Made by a program: the position numbers and the translations under genes. The notes under the pieces are model-generated. The model had not been told where the DNA came from. It searched no databases and saw only the letters and a program-made list of their open reading frames with translations. This document shows, in pieces, positions 12,101 through 25,434 of a stretch of 64,000 bases of DNA; the stretch's first letter is position 1; each line of letters opens with the position of its first letter. This DNA comes from Mobula hypostoma (taxonomy: Eukaryota): contig NC_086108.1 in NCBI RefSeq assembly GCF_963921235.1, positions 69,442,001 to 69,506,000 of the forward strand, written 5' to 3'.

Positions 12101-13079
12101 CTTGAAATACTACTTGAGTGTTCAAGGCAAGTATTTAATTTCCGTATAAGCAATACAAGGATGGACATTGCTGGAATGTTTTTTTAAAGCTTGTGCTTGG
12201 GACAGTAATAACACTGTCAGAACAGCTCAAAGTCAACCACACAACAGACATCTTATGTCAGTACAGGCTAGATAAAATGGATTCCCCTCTATGAAGATCA
12301 CAAGTGACTTTCTAAGAGACAGTAACTTTCACATTTACTCTACTGACTTGGAAAACGGCACCTATTGGCTGCTCAGAGGCAGGAAAATGTGATCAGTGTC
12401 GATGCCAGGAACGTTGGCAAGGAGAGGATGCTGGAGAATTGAATGGCCAGAGTATTTCAGTCTTTGACGTGCCTGCTGTCAGCTCTCTCCATATCAGAAA
12501 GATACGGAAGAATGGGGATTACTGCTGCTCAGCACATCGCGAGCTCAGTGATGGACTGGAGTTCTCGGTCTACAAACACTCTTCTACTCAGTCAGCTGGA
12601 ATCTATACCTGTACACTAGAGGTGCTGTGAATTTCATCAAATGTCTGTCTTAGCTCCTGAAGTGTGAAAAGTGATCCACATACTCCAGGATGCCATTTTG
12701 GGTCTTGATTGTCCATGTGTGGCAATATGCAATAATCACAGATTGGTTGATCCTCTGAAAGCTTTATGCACAGCCAATTCATGTATATGCCTCAGAATGC
12801 ATCCACGATAACTCTTATGGAAAACCCCAAAAGCCACTGTCCTCAATACATATAGAGATTCCACTCAAAATGCGAAGTCTCCCTTTGTCACCATAGACGC
12901 TTCTTGACACACAACGTTCCTCCAGTAGTAGCTTTTATTTGCTCTGAATGTATTACTGTCTCAAAAGTTTCTGAAAGTATAATCCAAACTTGCTTTGCAA
13001 ACAAGATATTAGTAACTTTCTGCCTGGAATTGCTTCAGAACCAACTTCTGTGAGGTGTGAAGTCATTTCCTCATTGCAA

Positions 13080-16065
13080 CAGTCCACCCAACAGTCCTTG
13101 GGATTTAGAGGAACAAATTTGTACAGAGGTTGCAGGAAGCACAAGGTTGCTAGAGTAAGTGATTTTAACTTTCCACATATTGACTGGGACTCCCATACTG
13201 TAAAAGAACTAGATAGGATAAAGGCTATTAAGTGTGTTCAGGAAAGTTTCCTTAATCAGTGCACAGAAGTCCCAACAAGAGTGTGATACCTGATCTGAAT
13301 GAGACAGGGCAGATGACAGGGGAATGCTTTGCATCTAGTGATCATAATGCCATTAGTTTCAAAGTAAATATGGAAAATGATAGGTCTGGTCTGGGGGTTG
13401 AGATTCTAAATTGGAGAAAGACTAATTTTGATTGTATGAGAAAGGATCTCGCAAATGTAGATTGGGACAGGCTGTTCTCAGGCAAAGGTGTACTTGGTAA
13501 GTGGGAGATCTTCAAAAGCGAAATTTTGAGAGTACAAAGCTTCTATGTGCCTGTCAGAATGAAAGGTCAAGATAACAGGTTTAGGGAACCTTGGTTTTCA
13601 AGAGATATTGACACCCTAGTTGAGAAAAAAAAGGAGGTGCATAGCAGGTATAGGCAAGTCGGAACAAATGAGGTACTTATGGAGTATAAGAAATGCAAGA
13701 AAACACTAAAAAAAAGAAATCAGGAGGGCTAAAGGGTGTCATTAGGTTGACCTAGCAGACAAGGTGAAGGAGAATCCTCAGGAATTCTACAGATATGTGA
13801 AGAGCAAAAGGATTGCAAGGGACAAAATTGGTCCTCCGGAAGATCAGAATGTTAATCCATGTATAGAGCTGAAAGAGATGGGGGGTATCTTAAATGGATT
13901 TTTTACATCTGTATTTACTTGGGAGACAAACACAGAATCTATTAGTGAGGAAAATCAGCAGTGAGGTCATGGACCCAATACAGATTACAGAGGAGGAGGT
14001 TTCTGCTGTCTTGAGGCAAACTAAGGTAGATAAATCCCCAGGGCCTGACAAGGTGTTTCCCTCAGACCCTGCAGGAGACAAGTGCAGAAATTCCAGGGGT
14101 ACTGGCAGAGATATTTAGTTGCAGTTGAGGTACAAGAGGATTGATAATCTTGTTCTGCTGTTTAAGGAAGGCTCCAAAAGTGAACCGGGGAATTATAGGC
14201 TGGTGAGCCTGACATCAGTAGTGGGAAAGTTATTGAAAGGTATTCTAAGGATGTGGCATATGTGTATTTGAATACACAGGGACTGATGAGGATAGTCAAC
14301 ATGGCTTTGTGCATGGTAGATTGTGTTTAACCAATCTATTAGAGTTTTTCAAGCAAGTTACCAGGGAAGTTGATGAAGGCAAGGCAGTGGATGTTGTCTA
14401 CATGGATTTAGCAAGGCCTTTGACAAGGTTCCACATTGGAGATTGATCAAGAAAGTTCAGTCGCTTGGCATTCGAGGAGGTAGTAAATTGGATTAGACAT
14501 TGGTTTTATGGTAGTAGGTGGTTGCCTCTCTGACTGGAGGCCTGTGACTAGTAGTGTGCGGCAGGGATCGGAGCTGGGTCAGTTGTTTGTTATCTGTATC
14601 AAAGATCTGGATGATAATGTGGTTAACTAAATTAGCAAATTTGCAGATGACACTCTGAATGGGGCTGTACAGCAAGAAGGACTACCAGGGCTTGCAGCGG
14701 GATCTGGAAAAGCTGTAAAAATGCGCTGAAATTGCCAGATGGAATTTAACACAGAAGTGCAAGGTGTTTCACTTCAGTAGGACCAACCAGGGTAGGTCTT
14801 ACACAGTGAACGGTGGGGCACAGAGGAGTGTGGTAGAACAAAGAGATCTGGGAATACAGGTCCATAATTTATTGAAAGCAACGGCACAGGTAGATAGAAT
14901 ACTTTTGGCACATTGGCCTTTCTAAATCAACAGAAAACAATGTACACAAAATGCTGGAGGAATTCAGCAGGCCAGGCAGTATCTATGGAAGTAAACAGTC
15001 AATGTTTCGGGCCAAGACCCTTCATCGGGGCTCTAGTAAAATAGATGAGGAGTCAGCGTAAGAAGATGGGGGGAGGGGAGGAAGAAACACAAGGTGATAG
15101 GTGAAATGAGAGGGGAGGGGAGAAGGGGGAATCTGACAGGAGAGGACAGAATACCATGGAAGAAAAGGGGTAGGAGCACCAGGAGGAGGTGATGGGCAGG
15201 TTAATAGACAAGGTAAGAGAGGGAAGTGGGACTGGGGAATGGTGAAGGGTCAGGGGCATTACCAGAGGTTCAAGAAATCGATGTTCATGCCATCTGATTG
15301 GAGGCTACTCAGACAGAATATAACATGCTGCTCCTGCGTGTGCCTTCATCGCAATAGTAGAGGAGGTCGTAGACTGATATGCCAAATGTGAATGGGAAGT
15401 GAAATTAAAATGGGTGGCCACTGGGAGATCCCACTTTTTCTCGTGGACCACTCAAGCACAGGTGCTCAGCAAAGCAGTCTACCAATCTACGTCAGGTCGA
15501 GCACAGCAGATGGTATATTAGATGGCCTAATATGGAGTATTGTTATGCAGTTTTGAACACCTGCCTACAGGGAAGATGTAAATAAGATCGAAAGAGTACA
15601 GAAAAAATTTACAAGGATGTTGCTGGGACTAGGGGACATGAGTTATAAGGAAAGATTGAATAGGTTATGACTTTATTCTTGGAATGTAGAATATTGAGGG
15701 GAGATTTGACTGAGAGATACACAAATTTATGTGGTATAAATAGGGTAAATGCAAGCAGGCTTTTTTACTAAGGTTGGTTGGGACTACTACTAGAGGTCAT
15801 GGGTTAAGGGTGAAAGATGAAATGTTTATGGGGAACATGAGGGGAAACTTCTTCACTCAAGAGGGTTGACAGAGTGTGGAGGGTTGCCAGTGCAAATGGT
15901 GCATGCAAGCTCGATTTCAATGTTTAAGAGAAATTTGGGGATAGGTACATGGATAGTAGTGGTATACAGTGCTATGGTTCCAGTACAGGTCAATAGGAGT
16001 AGGCAGTTAATGGCTCAGCATGGACTACATGGGCCTGTTTCTGTGCTGTATTTTTCTATGTATTT
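13080..16065 (+). mobile_element. Old CR1 LINE (EN to 3' end) interrupted by a PLE fragment
   Basis: SDFNFPHIDW, SSDHNAISF, KSPGPD and QHGF remnants. 3' end CCTGTTTCTGTGCTGTA.TTTTCTATG. A further short 3' end lies at ~16180-16227. Confidence 0.85.
14930..15525 (-). mobile_element. Penelope-like element 3' fragment inside a CR1
   Basis: CACAAAATGCTGGAGGAA.TCAGCAGGCCAGGCAG terminal motif, a purine tract, and AAATCGATGTTCATGCCATC (antisense of the GMNIDF C-terminus seen at 51680). Confidence 0.75.
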
Positions 16066-16269
16066 TTAAATAGGTGCATGGATGCAAGGAAGATGGACAA
16101 ACATGGACATAGTGTCGATAGGCAGGATTAACGTACGGGTGTTTTTGCTTTGTCTTTTAACTGGTTTGGAACAACCCGGTGCCAGAGAACCTGTTTCTGT
16201 GCTGTACTGTTCTATGTTCTATGACTCTGTAACATTAAATGTTGCACGTTCTAGAAATACATCTCTATT

Positions 16270-16510
16270 CTCCCATACACATAGTGCTGGAGGAACTCAG
16301 CAGATCAGGTAACATTTATGGAGAGAGAAAAAAAATAGCTTATGTTTCAAACCGAGATCCTTCATCTACCTTGATGAAGAGTCTCAGCCTGAAACATTGA
16401 CTATCCATTCTCCTCCATAGATGCAGCCTGACCTACTGGGTTCTTCCAGCATTTTGTGTCTGCATATGTGTGTGTGTTGATCCAAGTTCCCAGCATCTGC
16501 AGACTCTCAT
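16270..16510. repeat. Short PLE-derived fold-back element
   Basis: Left arm GCTGGAGGAACTCAGCAG...CCTTCATC and right arm GATGAAG...TTCTTCCAGCA are inverted complements. Confidence 0.7.
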
Positions 16511-16636
16511 GCCTACATCTCCAACTTCTCTACCAAAGATCGGAATGATTCACAGACCATGTTCTGCCTATGAAGCCTGCATGTGCTTCAACTGTTATTT
16601 TAAATAAAAACTGCACCATGGCCTCTTGTACATAAA

Positions 16637-19101
16637 TCGTTGGGGATTTTAACATGAAAATGGATTGGGAAAACCAGGTCAGTACTGGACCTCAAGAGAG
16701 AGAATTTGTAGAATGTCTAAGGGATGGCTTTTTAGAACAGCTTGTTGTTGAGCCCACTAGGGGATCGGCTGTGCTGGATTAGGTGTTGTGCAATGACCTG
16801 GAGGGGATAAAAGAGCTTAAGGTTAAGGAAGCATTAGGGAACAGTAATCACAATATGATCAAGTTCACATTGAAATTTGAGAGGGAAATAATAAAATCTA
16901 ATGTGTCGGTATTTCAGTGGAATAAAGGAAATTACAATGGCATGAGAGAGGAACTGGCCAAGGTTGACTGGAAAGGGACACCAGCAGGAAGGACAGCAGA
17001 GCAGCAATGGCTGGAGTTTCTGCGAAAAGTGAGGGAAGTGCAAGACAGATATATTCCAAATACTAAGAAATTTTCAAAGGGAAGAAGGACACTACAGTGG
17101 CTGACAAGTGAAGTCAAAGCCAAAGTAAAAGGAAAAGAGAGAGCATGCAAGGAGGCCAGAGCTAGTGGGAAGACAGAGGATTGGGAAGCTTTTAAAAACT
17201 TGCAGAAGGAAACTAAGAAGTTCATTCAGAAGGAAATGATGAATTATGAGAGCAAGCTGGAGACTAATATCAAACAAGATACTAAAAGCTTTTTTAAGTA
17301 TATAAAGCGTAAAAGAGAGTCGAGGGTAGATATGGGACCAATACAAAATGACGCTGGAGATATTGTAATGAGAGATGCAGAGATGGCAGAGGAACTGAAT
17401 TCATATTTTGCATCAGACTTCACAGTGGAAGACGTCTGCAGTATACTGGACAATCAACAGTGTCAGGAAAGTGAAGTTTTTGCAGTAAAACTTACGACTG
17501 AGAAGGTGCTCAGGAAGCTTAATGGTCTGAGGGTGGATAAATCTCCTGGACCTGATGGAATGCACCCTCAGGTTCTGAAGGAAGTAGCTGGAGAGATTGT
17601 GGAGGCATTAACAATGATCTTTCAAGAATCGATAGATTCTGGCATTGTGCCGGATGACTTGAAAATTTGCAAATGTTACTCCGCTATTTAAGAAGGGTGG
17701 GAGGCAGCAGAAAGGAAACTATAGACCTGTAGCCTGAGATCAGTGGTTGGGAAGTTGTTGGAATCGATTGTTAGGAATGAGATTACGGAGTACCTGGAGG
17801 CGCATGACAAGATAGGCCAAAGCTAGCATGGTTTCCTGAAAGGAAAACCCTGCCTGACTAACCTACTCCAAGTTTTTGAGGAAATTACAAGCAGAGGGAA
17901 CAAAGTAGATGTAGTGTACTTGGATTTTCAGAAGGCCTTTGACAAGGTGCCGTACATGAGGCTGCTTAGCAAGCTAAGAGCCCATGGAATTACAGGGAAG
18001 TTACTAGCATGAGTGGAGCATTGGCTGGTCAGCAGAAAACAGAGAGTGGGAATAAAGGGATCCTATTCTGGCTGGCTGCTGGTTACCAGTGGAGTTCCAC
18101 AGGGGTCGGTGTTAGGACTGCTGCTTTTTACGATGTATGTCAATGATTTGGACTATGGGATTAATGGATCTATGGCTAAATTTGCCGATGATACAAAGAT
18201 AAGTGAAGGAGCAGGTAGTGTTGAGGAAACGGAGAGCCTGCAGAGAGACTTAGATAGTTTAGGGGAATGGGCAAAGAAGTGGAAAATGAAACACAATGTT
18301 GTAAAGTGTATGGTCATGCACTTTGGTGGAAGAAATAAACAGGCAGACTATTACTTAGATGGGGAGAGAATTCAAAATGCAGAGATGCAAAGGGACTTGG
18401 GAGTCCTTGTGCAGGATACCCTAAAAGTTAACCTCCAAGTTGAGTCAGTTGTGAAGGCGGCAAATGCAATGCTGGCATTCATTTCGAGAGGTATAGAATA
18501 TAAGTGCAGGGATGTGATGTTGAGGCTCTATATGGCATTCATAAGACCACATTGAAGTATGGTGTGCAGTTCTGGGCTCCTTATTTTAGAAAGGATATAA
18601 TGACATTGGAGAGGGTTCGGAGAAGATTCACGACAATGATTCCAGGAATGAAAGGGTTACTGTATAAGGAACATCTGGCAGCTCTTGGGCTGTATTCCCT
18701 GGAGTTCAGGAGAATGAGGGGGGAATCTCATAGAAACATTCTAAATGTTAAAAGGCCTGAACAGATTAGATATGGCAAAGTTCCTTCCCATGGTAGAGAT
18801 TCTAGGACAAGAGGGCATGACTTCAGGATTCAGGATTACCTGAGATGCGGAACAATTAATTTAGCCAGAGGGTGGTAAATCTGTGGAATTTGTTGCTATG
18901 AGCGACTGTGGAGGCCAAGTAACTGGGTGTATTTAAGGCAGAGATAGATAGGTTCTTGATTAGCCAGGGCATCCAAGGGTACGGGGAGAAAGCAGGGCAG
19001 TGGGGATGACTGGAAGAACTAGATCAGTCAATGATCGAATTGAGGAGCAGACTCGACGGGCTGAATGGCCTACTTCTGCTCCGCTATCTTATGGTCTTAT
19101 A
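16637..19101 (+). mobile_element. CR1 LINE, most of ORF2 plus 3' end
   Basis: 302-aa and 180-aa ORF pieces (KSPGPDG, GVPQGSVLG, FADD). Tail is CTTATGGTCTTAT. Confidence 0.92.
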
Positions 19102-19152
19102 GTCTATGCATCCTGGGGCATTGCAGACTGATGCTACCCGTTTTGTTTCCAC

Positions 19153-20010
19153 AAGACCATAAAACCATAAGACACAGGAGCAGAATTAGGCCATCCAGCA
19201 CATCGATTCTGCTCCGCCATTTCATCATGGCTAATCCTGGAACCCACTCAACCCCATATAGCTGCCTTCTTGCTATAACCTTTGATGTCCTGACCAATCA
19301 GGAAACTATCAACTTCCACTTTAAATATACACATGGATTTGGCCTCCACCGCAGTCTGTGGCAGAGCATTCCACAGATTTACTACTCTCTGGCTAAAATA
19401 ATTCCTCCTTACCTCTGTTCTAAAAGGTCACCCCTCAATTCTGAGGCCATGCCCTCTAGTTCGAGACACCCCAGCATAGGAAACATCCTCTCCACATCCG
19501 CTCTATCTAGTCCTTTCAACATTTGGTAGGTTTCAATGAGATCCTGCTCCCCCCGAAACATTCTTCTAAATTCCAGTGAGTACAGGCCCAAAGCTGCCAA
19601 ATGCTCCTCATATGTTAACCCCTTCATTCCCGGAATCATCCTTATGAAACTCCTCTGGACTCTCTCCATTGACAACACATCCTTTCTGAGATTTGGGGCC
19701 AAAACCGTTGACAATACTCCAAGTGCAGCCTGACTAGTGTCTTATAAAGCCTCAGCATTATCTCCTTGCTTTTATATTCTGTTCTCTTTGAAATAAATAC
19801 CAACATTGCATTTGCCTTCTTTACCACAGTTTCAACCTGTAAATTCACCTTCTGGGAGTCTTGCATGAGAACTCCCTCTGCACCTCTGATGTTTGAATTT
19901 TCTCCCCATTTAGGTAATAGTCTACACTATTGCTCCTTTTATCAAAATGCATTATCATACATTTCCCAACACTATATTCCATCTGCCACTTTTTTGCCCA
20001 TTCTTCCAAT
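19153..20010 (-). mobile_element. CR1 LINE 3' fragment, tail-to-tail with the preceding copy
   Basis: Begins AAGACCATAAAACCATAAGA (tail complement). Minus ORFs give WAKKWQMEY, LRLYKTLVR and LGLYSLEFRR. Confidence 0.9.
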
Positions 20011-21659
20011 TCTTCAGTTGCTACATGAAAAATCTTTTGATGTAGATTTAAAAGTGGCCGGTGCTTTCGCAGCTCTCCGCCTCTCCCTCTGAGCCGATTG
20101 ACCATCATCACTGAGGGTGCACTTGGCAATTCAGGGCCATGGTTTCTGCTTTCACTTCACAATCACGGATTTGTTCTTCTGCATGCCACAGTGAGCACAG
20201 TCTATGAGCAATCCTTTGGAGGCACAATGATCGGAATCAGCATCCGGTTTAACTTCACAGGAATATGTCATGAAATTTGTGGTTTTGTGGCAGCAATACG
20301 TAATAAAAGTACACATACACTCAGAAATATGACGGTGGAGGGGAAGCAGCTTCCCCTAAAGTGTTGTGCGTGGAGCTGGCTGAGTTTGCAACGTTCTTCA
20401 GCTTTTTCCAACCCTGTGCAGTGGCCCCTCCAGACCAGATGGTCTTTCACCCACAACTTCACAGCAGCCCCTAACCCTACCAACCAGCTTCACTTTCCAC
20501 TCTGCTATGATAGGCTTCAATCACAAGAATATCTGCAGCATGTTAGGAGCTTCTAAACAAGGGTGTGTACTTTATTCTCGTCTAACAACGAAGCACAACA
20601 ATACGTGGCCTTCATACCTTATATACCGTAGGTTTTAGAATCATTTGTAATACTTGTGTTATCATAACTTTGCTTCTCCATCAAAATTCACAACTGGCTT
20701 ATTATCATATATAAAACCATGAAAAACTATTTCTTGCTTGCCAACTATAAAAATCTTTTCAAAACATAAACTTATTGAGGTAGTGCAAGAGGAAAACTAT
20801 GACTGAATGAAGAAGAGTTACAGAAAAAGTGAGGTGCAAATAGACTATGGGTAGGGAAGGGCCATGTCATAGCAGATTGCACTGTGAAAAATTGATGTTT
20901 ATCATTCAAGAGTTCCATTCAATGATCTTACTAATGTGGGATAGAAGCTTTTCTTGAGGCTGGTGGTGTGTGCTTTCAATGTTCTGTAACGTCTGCCCAA
21001 TGTACATGTTTCATCCACCGAGCGATCACTGAGAAGTGGACATCTTCCATTATGCTTCCCAGGTGCTGCTCACTCCACAGGCAGAGTTCATTGATCACGT
21101 GAATCGCCACAAATAAATATACCGGTTTTATAACCCCACTATACATTCTGGGCTTTGCTTCTTTGGTTTGAAGTTAACACCAGGTCAATTAGCTTTACAG
21201 ACACATTTTAGTACAAGTTGCCACAAGCATCAATGCTTCCAGTGACAGGTCTGTGGAGGAGTATCAGAACGTAGCATAGGCAGCAGGAGCTAAGCTGGTG
21301 TCTGTGCAATCCATGTTCCTACGTGTTAATATAATCATGGCTAATTTCAGCACCACCCAACAATGCAGCTTTTACAGCAACAATGTTTTATTCAGAACAC
21401 AGCTCAAACTTCTAATCGAGTTAACATGGAAATGTAAATATTTCATATCCTTGTCACTTACCACTCCAAAATAATTGCTACATTCTACTTGGCAATTCGA
21501 TACTTTGGTTAATTTTTTGATTTATCTGTTTTTTAATTAAGTAGATTAAAATTTTGCTCAGATTTACATTTACAGCCAAAGCCACTTTGTATAATAGTCC
21601 ATGTCATGTAAACAAAGAAACTTCAAGAACTGATTTTCACAAATCCTACTCAACTGGTG

Positions 21660-22190
21660 TAATTTTAAGAAGTCTTGAATACAAGAGCAGGGATGTGATG
21701 CTGAGGCTTTATAAGGCACTGGCGAGCCCTCACCTTGAGTATTGTGAACAGATTTGGGCTCCTCATCTAAGAAAAGATGTGCTGGCATTGGAGGGATTCC
21801 AGAGGCAGTGCACAAGGATGACTCCGGGAATGAAAGGGTTATCATATGAGGAGCGTTTGATGGCTCTGGATCTGTACTCGCTGGAATTTAGAAGGATGAA
21901 GTGGGGAGATCCGAATGTTGAAAGGCCGACATAAAGTAGATGTGGAAAGGATGTATCCCATGGGAGATGTCTAGGACAAGAGGGCACATCCTCAGGATAG
22001 AGGGGCGTCCATTTAAAACAGAGATGTGGAGGAATTTCTTTAGCTAGAGGATGGTGAACTTGTGGAATTTATTAGCACAGGCAGCTGTGGAGGTCAGGTC
22101 ATTGGGTGTATTTACGGCAGAGCTCACAAGGCTCTCGATGGGACATGGCATCAAAGGTTAAGGGGAGAAGGCCGGGGAATGGGATTGAAC
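21660..22190 (+). mobile_element. CR1 LINE 3' fragment
   Basis: LEYKSRDVMLRLYKALASPHLEYC...LYSLEFRRM. Confidence 0.85.
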
Positions 22191-22248
22191 TACACACTCT
22201 CTAACCTTATTGTTTTTTAATATCTTAATGAAATTGTCATGACTCACT

Positions 22249-25200
22249 AACATAGAACATAGAATAGTACAGCACAGTACAGGCCCTTCGGCCCACAATG
22301 TTGTGCCGACCCTCAAACCCTGCCTCCCATATAAGCCCCCACCTTAGATTCCTCCATATACCTGTCTAGTAGTCTCTTAAACTTCACCAGTGTATCTGCC
22401 TCCACCACTGACTCAGGCAGTGCGTTCCACGCACCAACCACTCTCTGAGTAAAAAACCTTCCTCTAATATCCCCCTTGAACTTCCCACCCCTTACCTTAA
22501 AGCCATGTTCTCTTGTATTGAGCAGTGGAGCCCTGGGGAAGAGGTGCCGGCTATCCATTCTATCTATTCCTCTTATTATCTTGTACACCTCTATCATGTC
22601 TCCTCTCATCCTCCTTCTCTCCAAAGAGTAAAGCCCTAGCTCCCTTAATCTCTGATCATAATGCATACTTCCTAAAGCAGGCAGCATCCTGGTAAATCTC
22701 CTCTGTACCCTTTCCAATGCTTCCACATCTTTCCTATAGTGAGGTGACCAGAACTGGGCACAATACTCCAAGTATGGCCTAACCAGAGTTTTATAGAGCT
22801 GCATCATTACATCGCGACTCTTAAACTCTATCCCTCGACTTGTGAAAGCTAACACCCCATAAGCTTTCTTAACTACCCTATCCACCTGTGAGGCAACTTT
22901 CAGAGATCTGTGGACATGTACCCCGAGATCCCTCTGCTCCTCCACACTACCAAGTATCCTGCCATTTACTTTGTACTCTGCCTTGGAGTTTGTCCTTCCA
23001 AAGTGTACCACCTCACACTTCTCTGGGTTGAACTCCATCTGCCACTTCTCAGCCCACTTCTGCATCCTATCAATGTCTCTCTGCAATCTTTGACAATCCT
23101 CTACACTATCTACAACACCACCAACTTTTGTGTCGTCTGCAAACTTGCCAACCCAGCCTTCTACCCCCACATCCAGGTCGTTAATAAAAATTACGAAAAG
23201 TAGAGGTCCCAGAACAGATCCTTGTGAGACACCACTAGTCACAATCCTCCAATCTGAATGTACTCCCTCCACCACCACCCTCTGCCTTCTGCAGGCAAGC
23301 CAATTCTGAATCCACCTGGCCAAACTTCCCTGGATCCCATGCCTTCTAACTTTCTGAATAAGCCTACCGTGTGGAACCTTGTCAAATGCCTTACTAAAAT
23401 CCATATAGATCACATCCACTGCACTACCCTCATCTATATGCCTGGTCACCTCCTCAAAGAACTCTATCAGGCTTGTTAGACACGATCTGCCCTTCACAAA
23501 GCCATGCTGACTGTCCCTGATCAGACCACGATTCTCTAAATGCCTATACACCCTATCTCTAAGAATCTTTTCCAACAGCTTTCCCACCACAGACGCAAGG
23601 CTCACTGGTCTATAATTACCCAGACTATCCCTACTACCTTTTTTGAACAACGGGACAACATTCGCCTCCCTCCAATCCTCCGGTACCATTCCCGTGGACA
23701 ACGAGGACATAAAGATCCTAGCCAGAGGCTCAGCAATCTCTTCTCTCGCCTCATGGAGCAGCCGGGGGAATATTCCATCAGGCCCCGGGGACTTATCTGT
23801 CCTAATGTATTTTAACCACTCCAACACCTCCTCTCCCTTAATATCAGCATGCTCCAGAACATCAACCTCACTCATATTGTCCTCACCATCATCAAGTACC
23901 CTCTCATTGGTGAATACTGAAGAGAAGTATTCATTGAGGACCTCGCTCACTTCCACAGCCTCCAGGCACATCTTCCCACCTTTATCTCTAATCGGTCCTA
24001 CCTTCACTCCTGTCATCCTTTTTTTCTTCACATAATTGAAGAATGCCTTGGGGTTTTCCTTTACCCTACTCATCAAGGCCTTCTCATGCCCCCTTCTTGC
24101 TCTTCTCAGCCCCTTCTTAAGATCCTTTCTTGTTTCCCTATATTCCTCCATAGACCCAGCTGATCCTCGCTTCCTAAACCTCATGTATGCTGCCTTCTTC
24201 CTCCTGACTAGATTTTCCACCTCACTTGTCACCCATGGTTCCTTCACCCTACCATTCTTTATCTTCCTAACCGGGACAAATTTATCCCTTACATCCCGCA
24301 AGAGATTTCTAAACATCAACCACATGTCCATAGTACATTTCCCTGAAAAACAATCATCCCAATTCACACCCACAAGTTCTAGCCTTATAGCCTCATAATT
24401 TGCCTTTCCCCAATTAAAAATTTTCCTGTCCTCTTTGATTCTATCCTTTTCCATGATAATTATAAAGGCCAGGGAGCAGTGGTCACTGTCCCCCAGATGC
24501 TCACCCGCTGAGAGATCTGTGACCTGACCCGGTTTATTACCTAGTACTAGATCTAGTATGGCATTCCCCCTGGTCGGCCTGTCCACATACTGTGACAGGA
24601 ATCCATCCTGGACACACTTAACAAATTCTGCCCCATCTAAGCCCTTGGAACTAATCAGGTGCCAATCAATATTAGGGAAGTTAAAGTCACCCATGATAAC
24701 AACCCTGTTATTTTTGCACCTTTCCAAAATCTGCCTCCCAATCTGCTCCTCTGTATCTCTGCTGCTACCAGGGGGCCCATAGAATACCCCCAGGAGAGTA
24801 ACTGCTCCCTTCCTGTTCCCGACTTCCACCCACATTGACTCAAAAGAGGATCCTGCTACATTACCCACCCTTTCTGTAGCTGTAATAGTATCCCTGACCA
24901 GTAATGCCACCCCTCCTCCCCTTTTTCCTCCCTCTCTATCCCTTTTAAAGCACTGAAATCCAGGAATATTGAGAATCCATTCCTGCCCTGGTGCCAGCCA
25001 AGTCTGTGTAATGGCCACTACATCATAATTCCATGTATGTATCCAAGCTCTCAGTTCATCACCTTTGTTCCTGATGCTTCTTGCATTGAGGTACACACAT
25101 TTCAGCCCTTCTACTTTACTGTCTTTACACTGTTTACTCTGCCTCTCTTTCCTCAAAGCCTCTCTGTATGTTAGATCTGGCTTTACTCCATGCACTTCTT

Positions 25201-25434
25201 TCACTGCTCTATCGCTCTGGGTCCCATCCCCCTCGCAAATTAGTTTAAACCCTCCCGAACCATGCTAGCAAACCTACCTGCAAGGATATTGCTCCTCCTC
25301 GAGTTCAGGTGCAACCCATCCAATCTGTACAGGTCCCACCTTCCCCAGAAGAGATCCCAATGATCTAAAAATCTAAAACCCTGCTCCCTGCACCAACTCC
25401 TCAGCCACGCATTTAACTGCCATCTCCTCCAATT
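22249..25434 (-). mobile_element. Young CR1 LINE, 5'-truncated within ORF1, in TTC39A intron 1
   Basis: (TTCTATG)n tail complement at the left end, complete ORF2, and ORF1 esterase C-terminus ending GLN* at ~25240. Candidate TSD CTAACAT at 22247-22253 and 25435-25441. Confidence 0.95.
22313..25204 (-). CDS. CR1 ORF2: APE endonuclease plus reverse transcriptase, 963 aa uninterrupted
   Basis: YLNARS, GDFNFP, LDLV and SDH (APE); KSPGPDG, NYRPVSL, QHGF, DFSKAFD, QGSVLGP and FADD (RT). True start uncertain. Confidence 0.95.
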   Translation of the reverse strand: MKEVHGVKPDLTYREALRKERQSKQCKDSKVEGLKCVYLNARSIRNKGDELRAWIHTWNYDVVAITQTWLAPGQEWILNIPGFQCFKRDREGGKRGGGVALLVRDTITATERVGNVAGSSFESMWVEVGNRKGAVTLLGVFYGPPGSSRDTEEQIGRQILERCKNNRVVIMGDFNFPNIDWHLISSKGLDGAEFVKCVQDGFLSQYVDRPTRGNAILDLVLGNKPGQVTDLSAGEHLGDSDHCSLAFIIIMEKDRIKEDRKIFNWGKANYEAIRLELVGVNWDDCFSGKCTMDMWLMFRNLLRDVRDKFVPVRKIKNGRVKEPWVTSEVENLVRRKKAAYMRFRKRGSAGSMEEYRETRKDLKKGLRRARRGHEKALMSRVKENPKAFFNYVKKKRMTGVKVGPIRDKGGKMCLEAVEVSEVLNEYFSSVFTNERVLDDGEDNMSEVDVLEHADIKGEEVLEWLKYIRTDKSPGPDGIFPRLLHEAREEIAEPLARIFMSSLSTGMVPEDWREANVVPLFKKGSRDSLGNYRPVSLASVVGKLLEKILRDRVYRHLENRGLIRDSQHGFVKGRSCLTSLIEFFEEVTRHIDEGSAVDVIYMDFSKAFDKVPHGRLIQKVRRHGIQGSLARWIQNWLACRRQRVVVEGVHSDWRIVTSGVSQGSVLGPLLFVIFINDLDVGVEGWVGKFADDTKVGGVVDSVEDCQRLQRDIDRMQKWAEKWQMEFNPEKCEVVHFGRTNSKAEYKVNGRILGSVEEQRDLGVHVHRSLKVASQVDRVVKKAYGVLAFTSRGIEFKSRDVMMQLYKTLVRPYLEYCAQFWSPHYRKDVEALERVQRRFTRMLPALGSMHYDQRLRELGLYSLERRRMRGDMIEVYKIIRGIDRMDSRHLFPRAPLLNTREHGFKVRGGKFKGDIRGRFFTQRVVGAWNALPESVVEADTLVKFKRLLDRYMEESKVGAYMGGRV

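Noticed and set aside
22910..25268. Multiple plus-strand ORFs
   Set aside because: Antisense shadows of CR1 ORF2.
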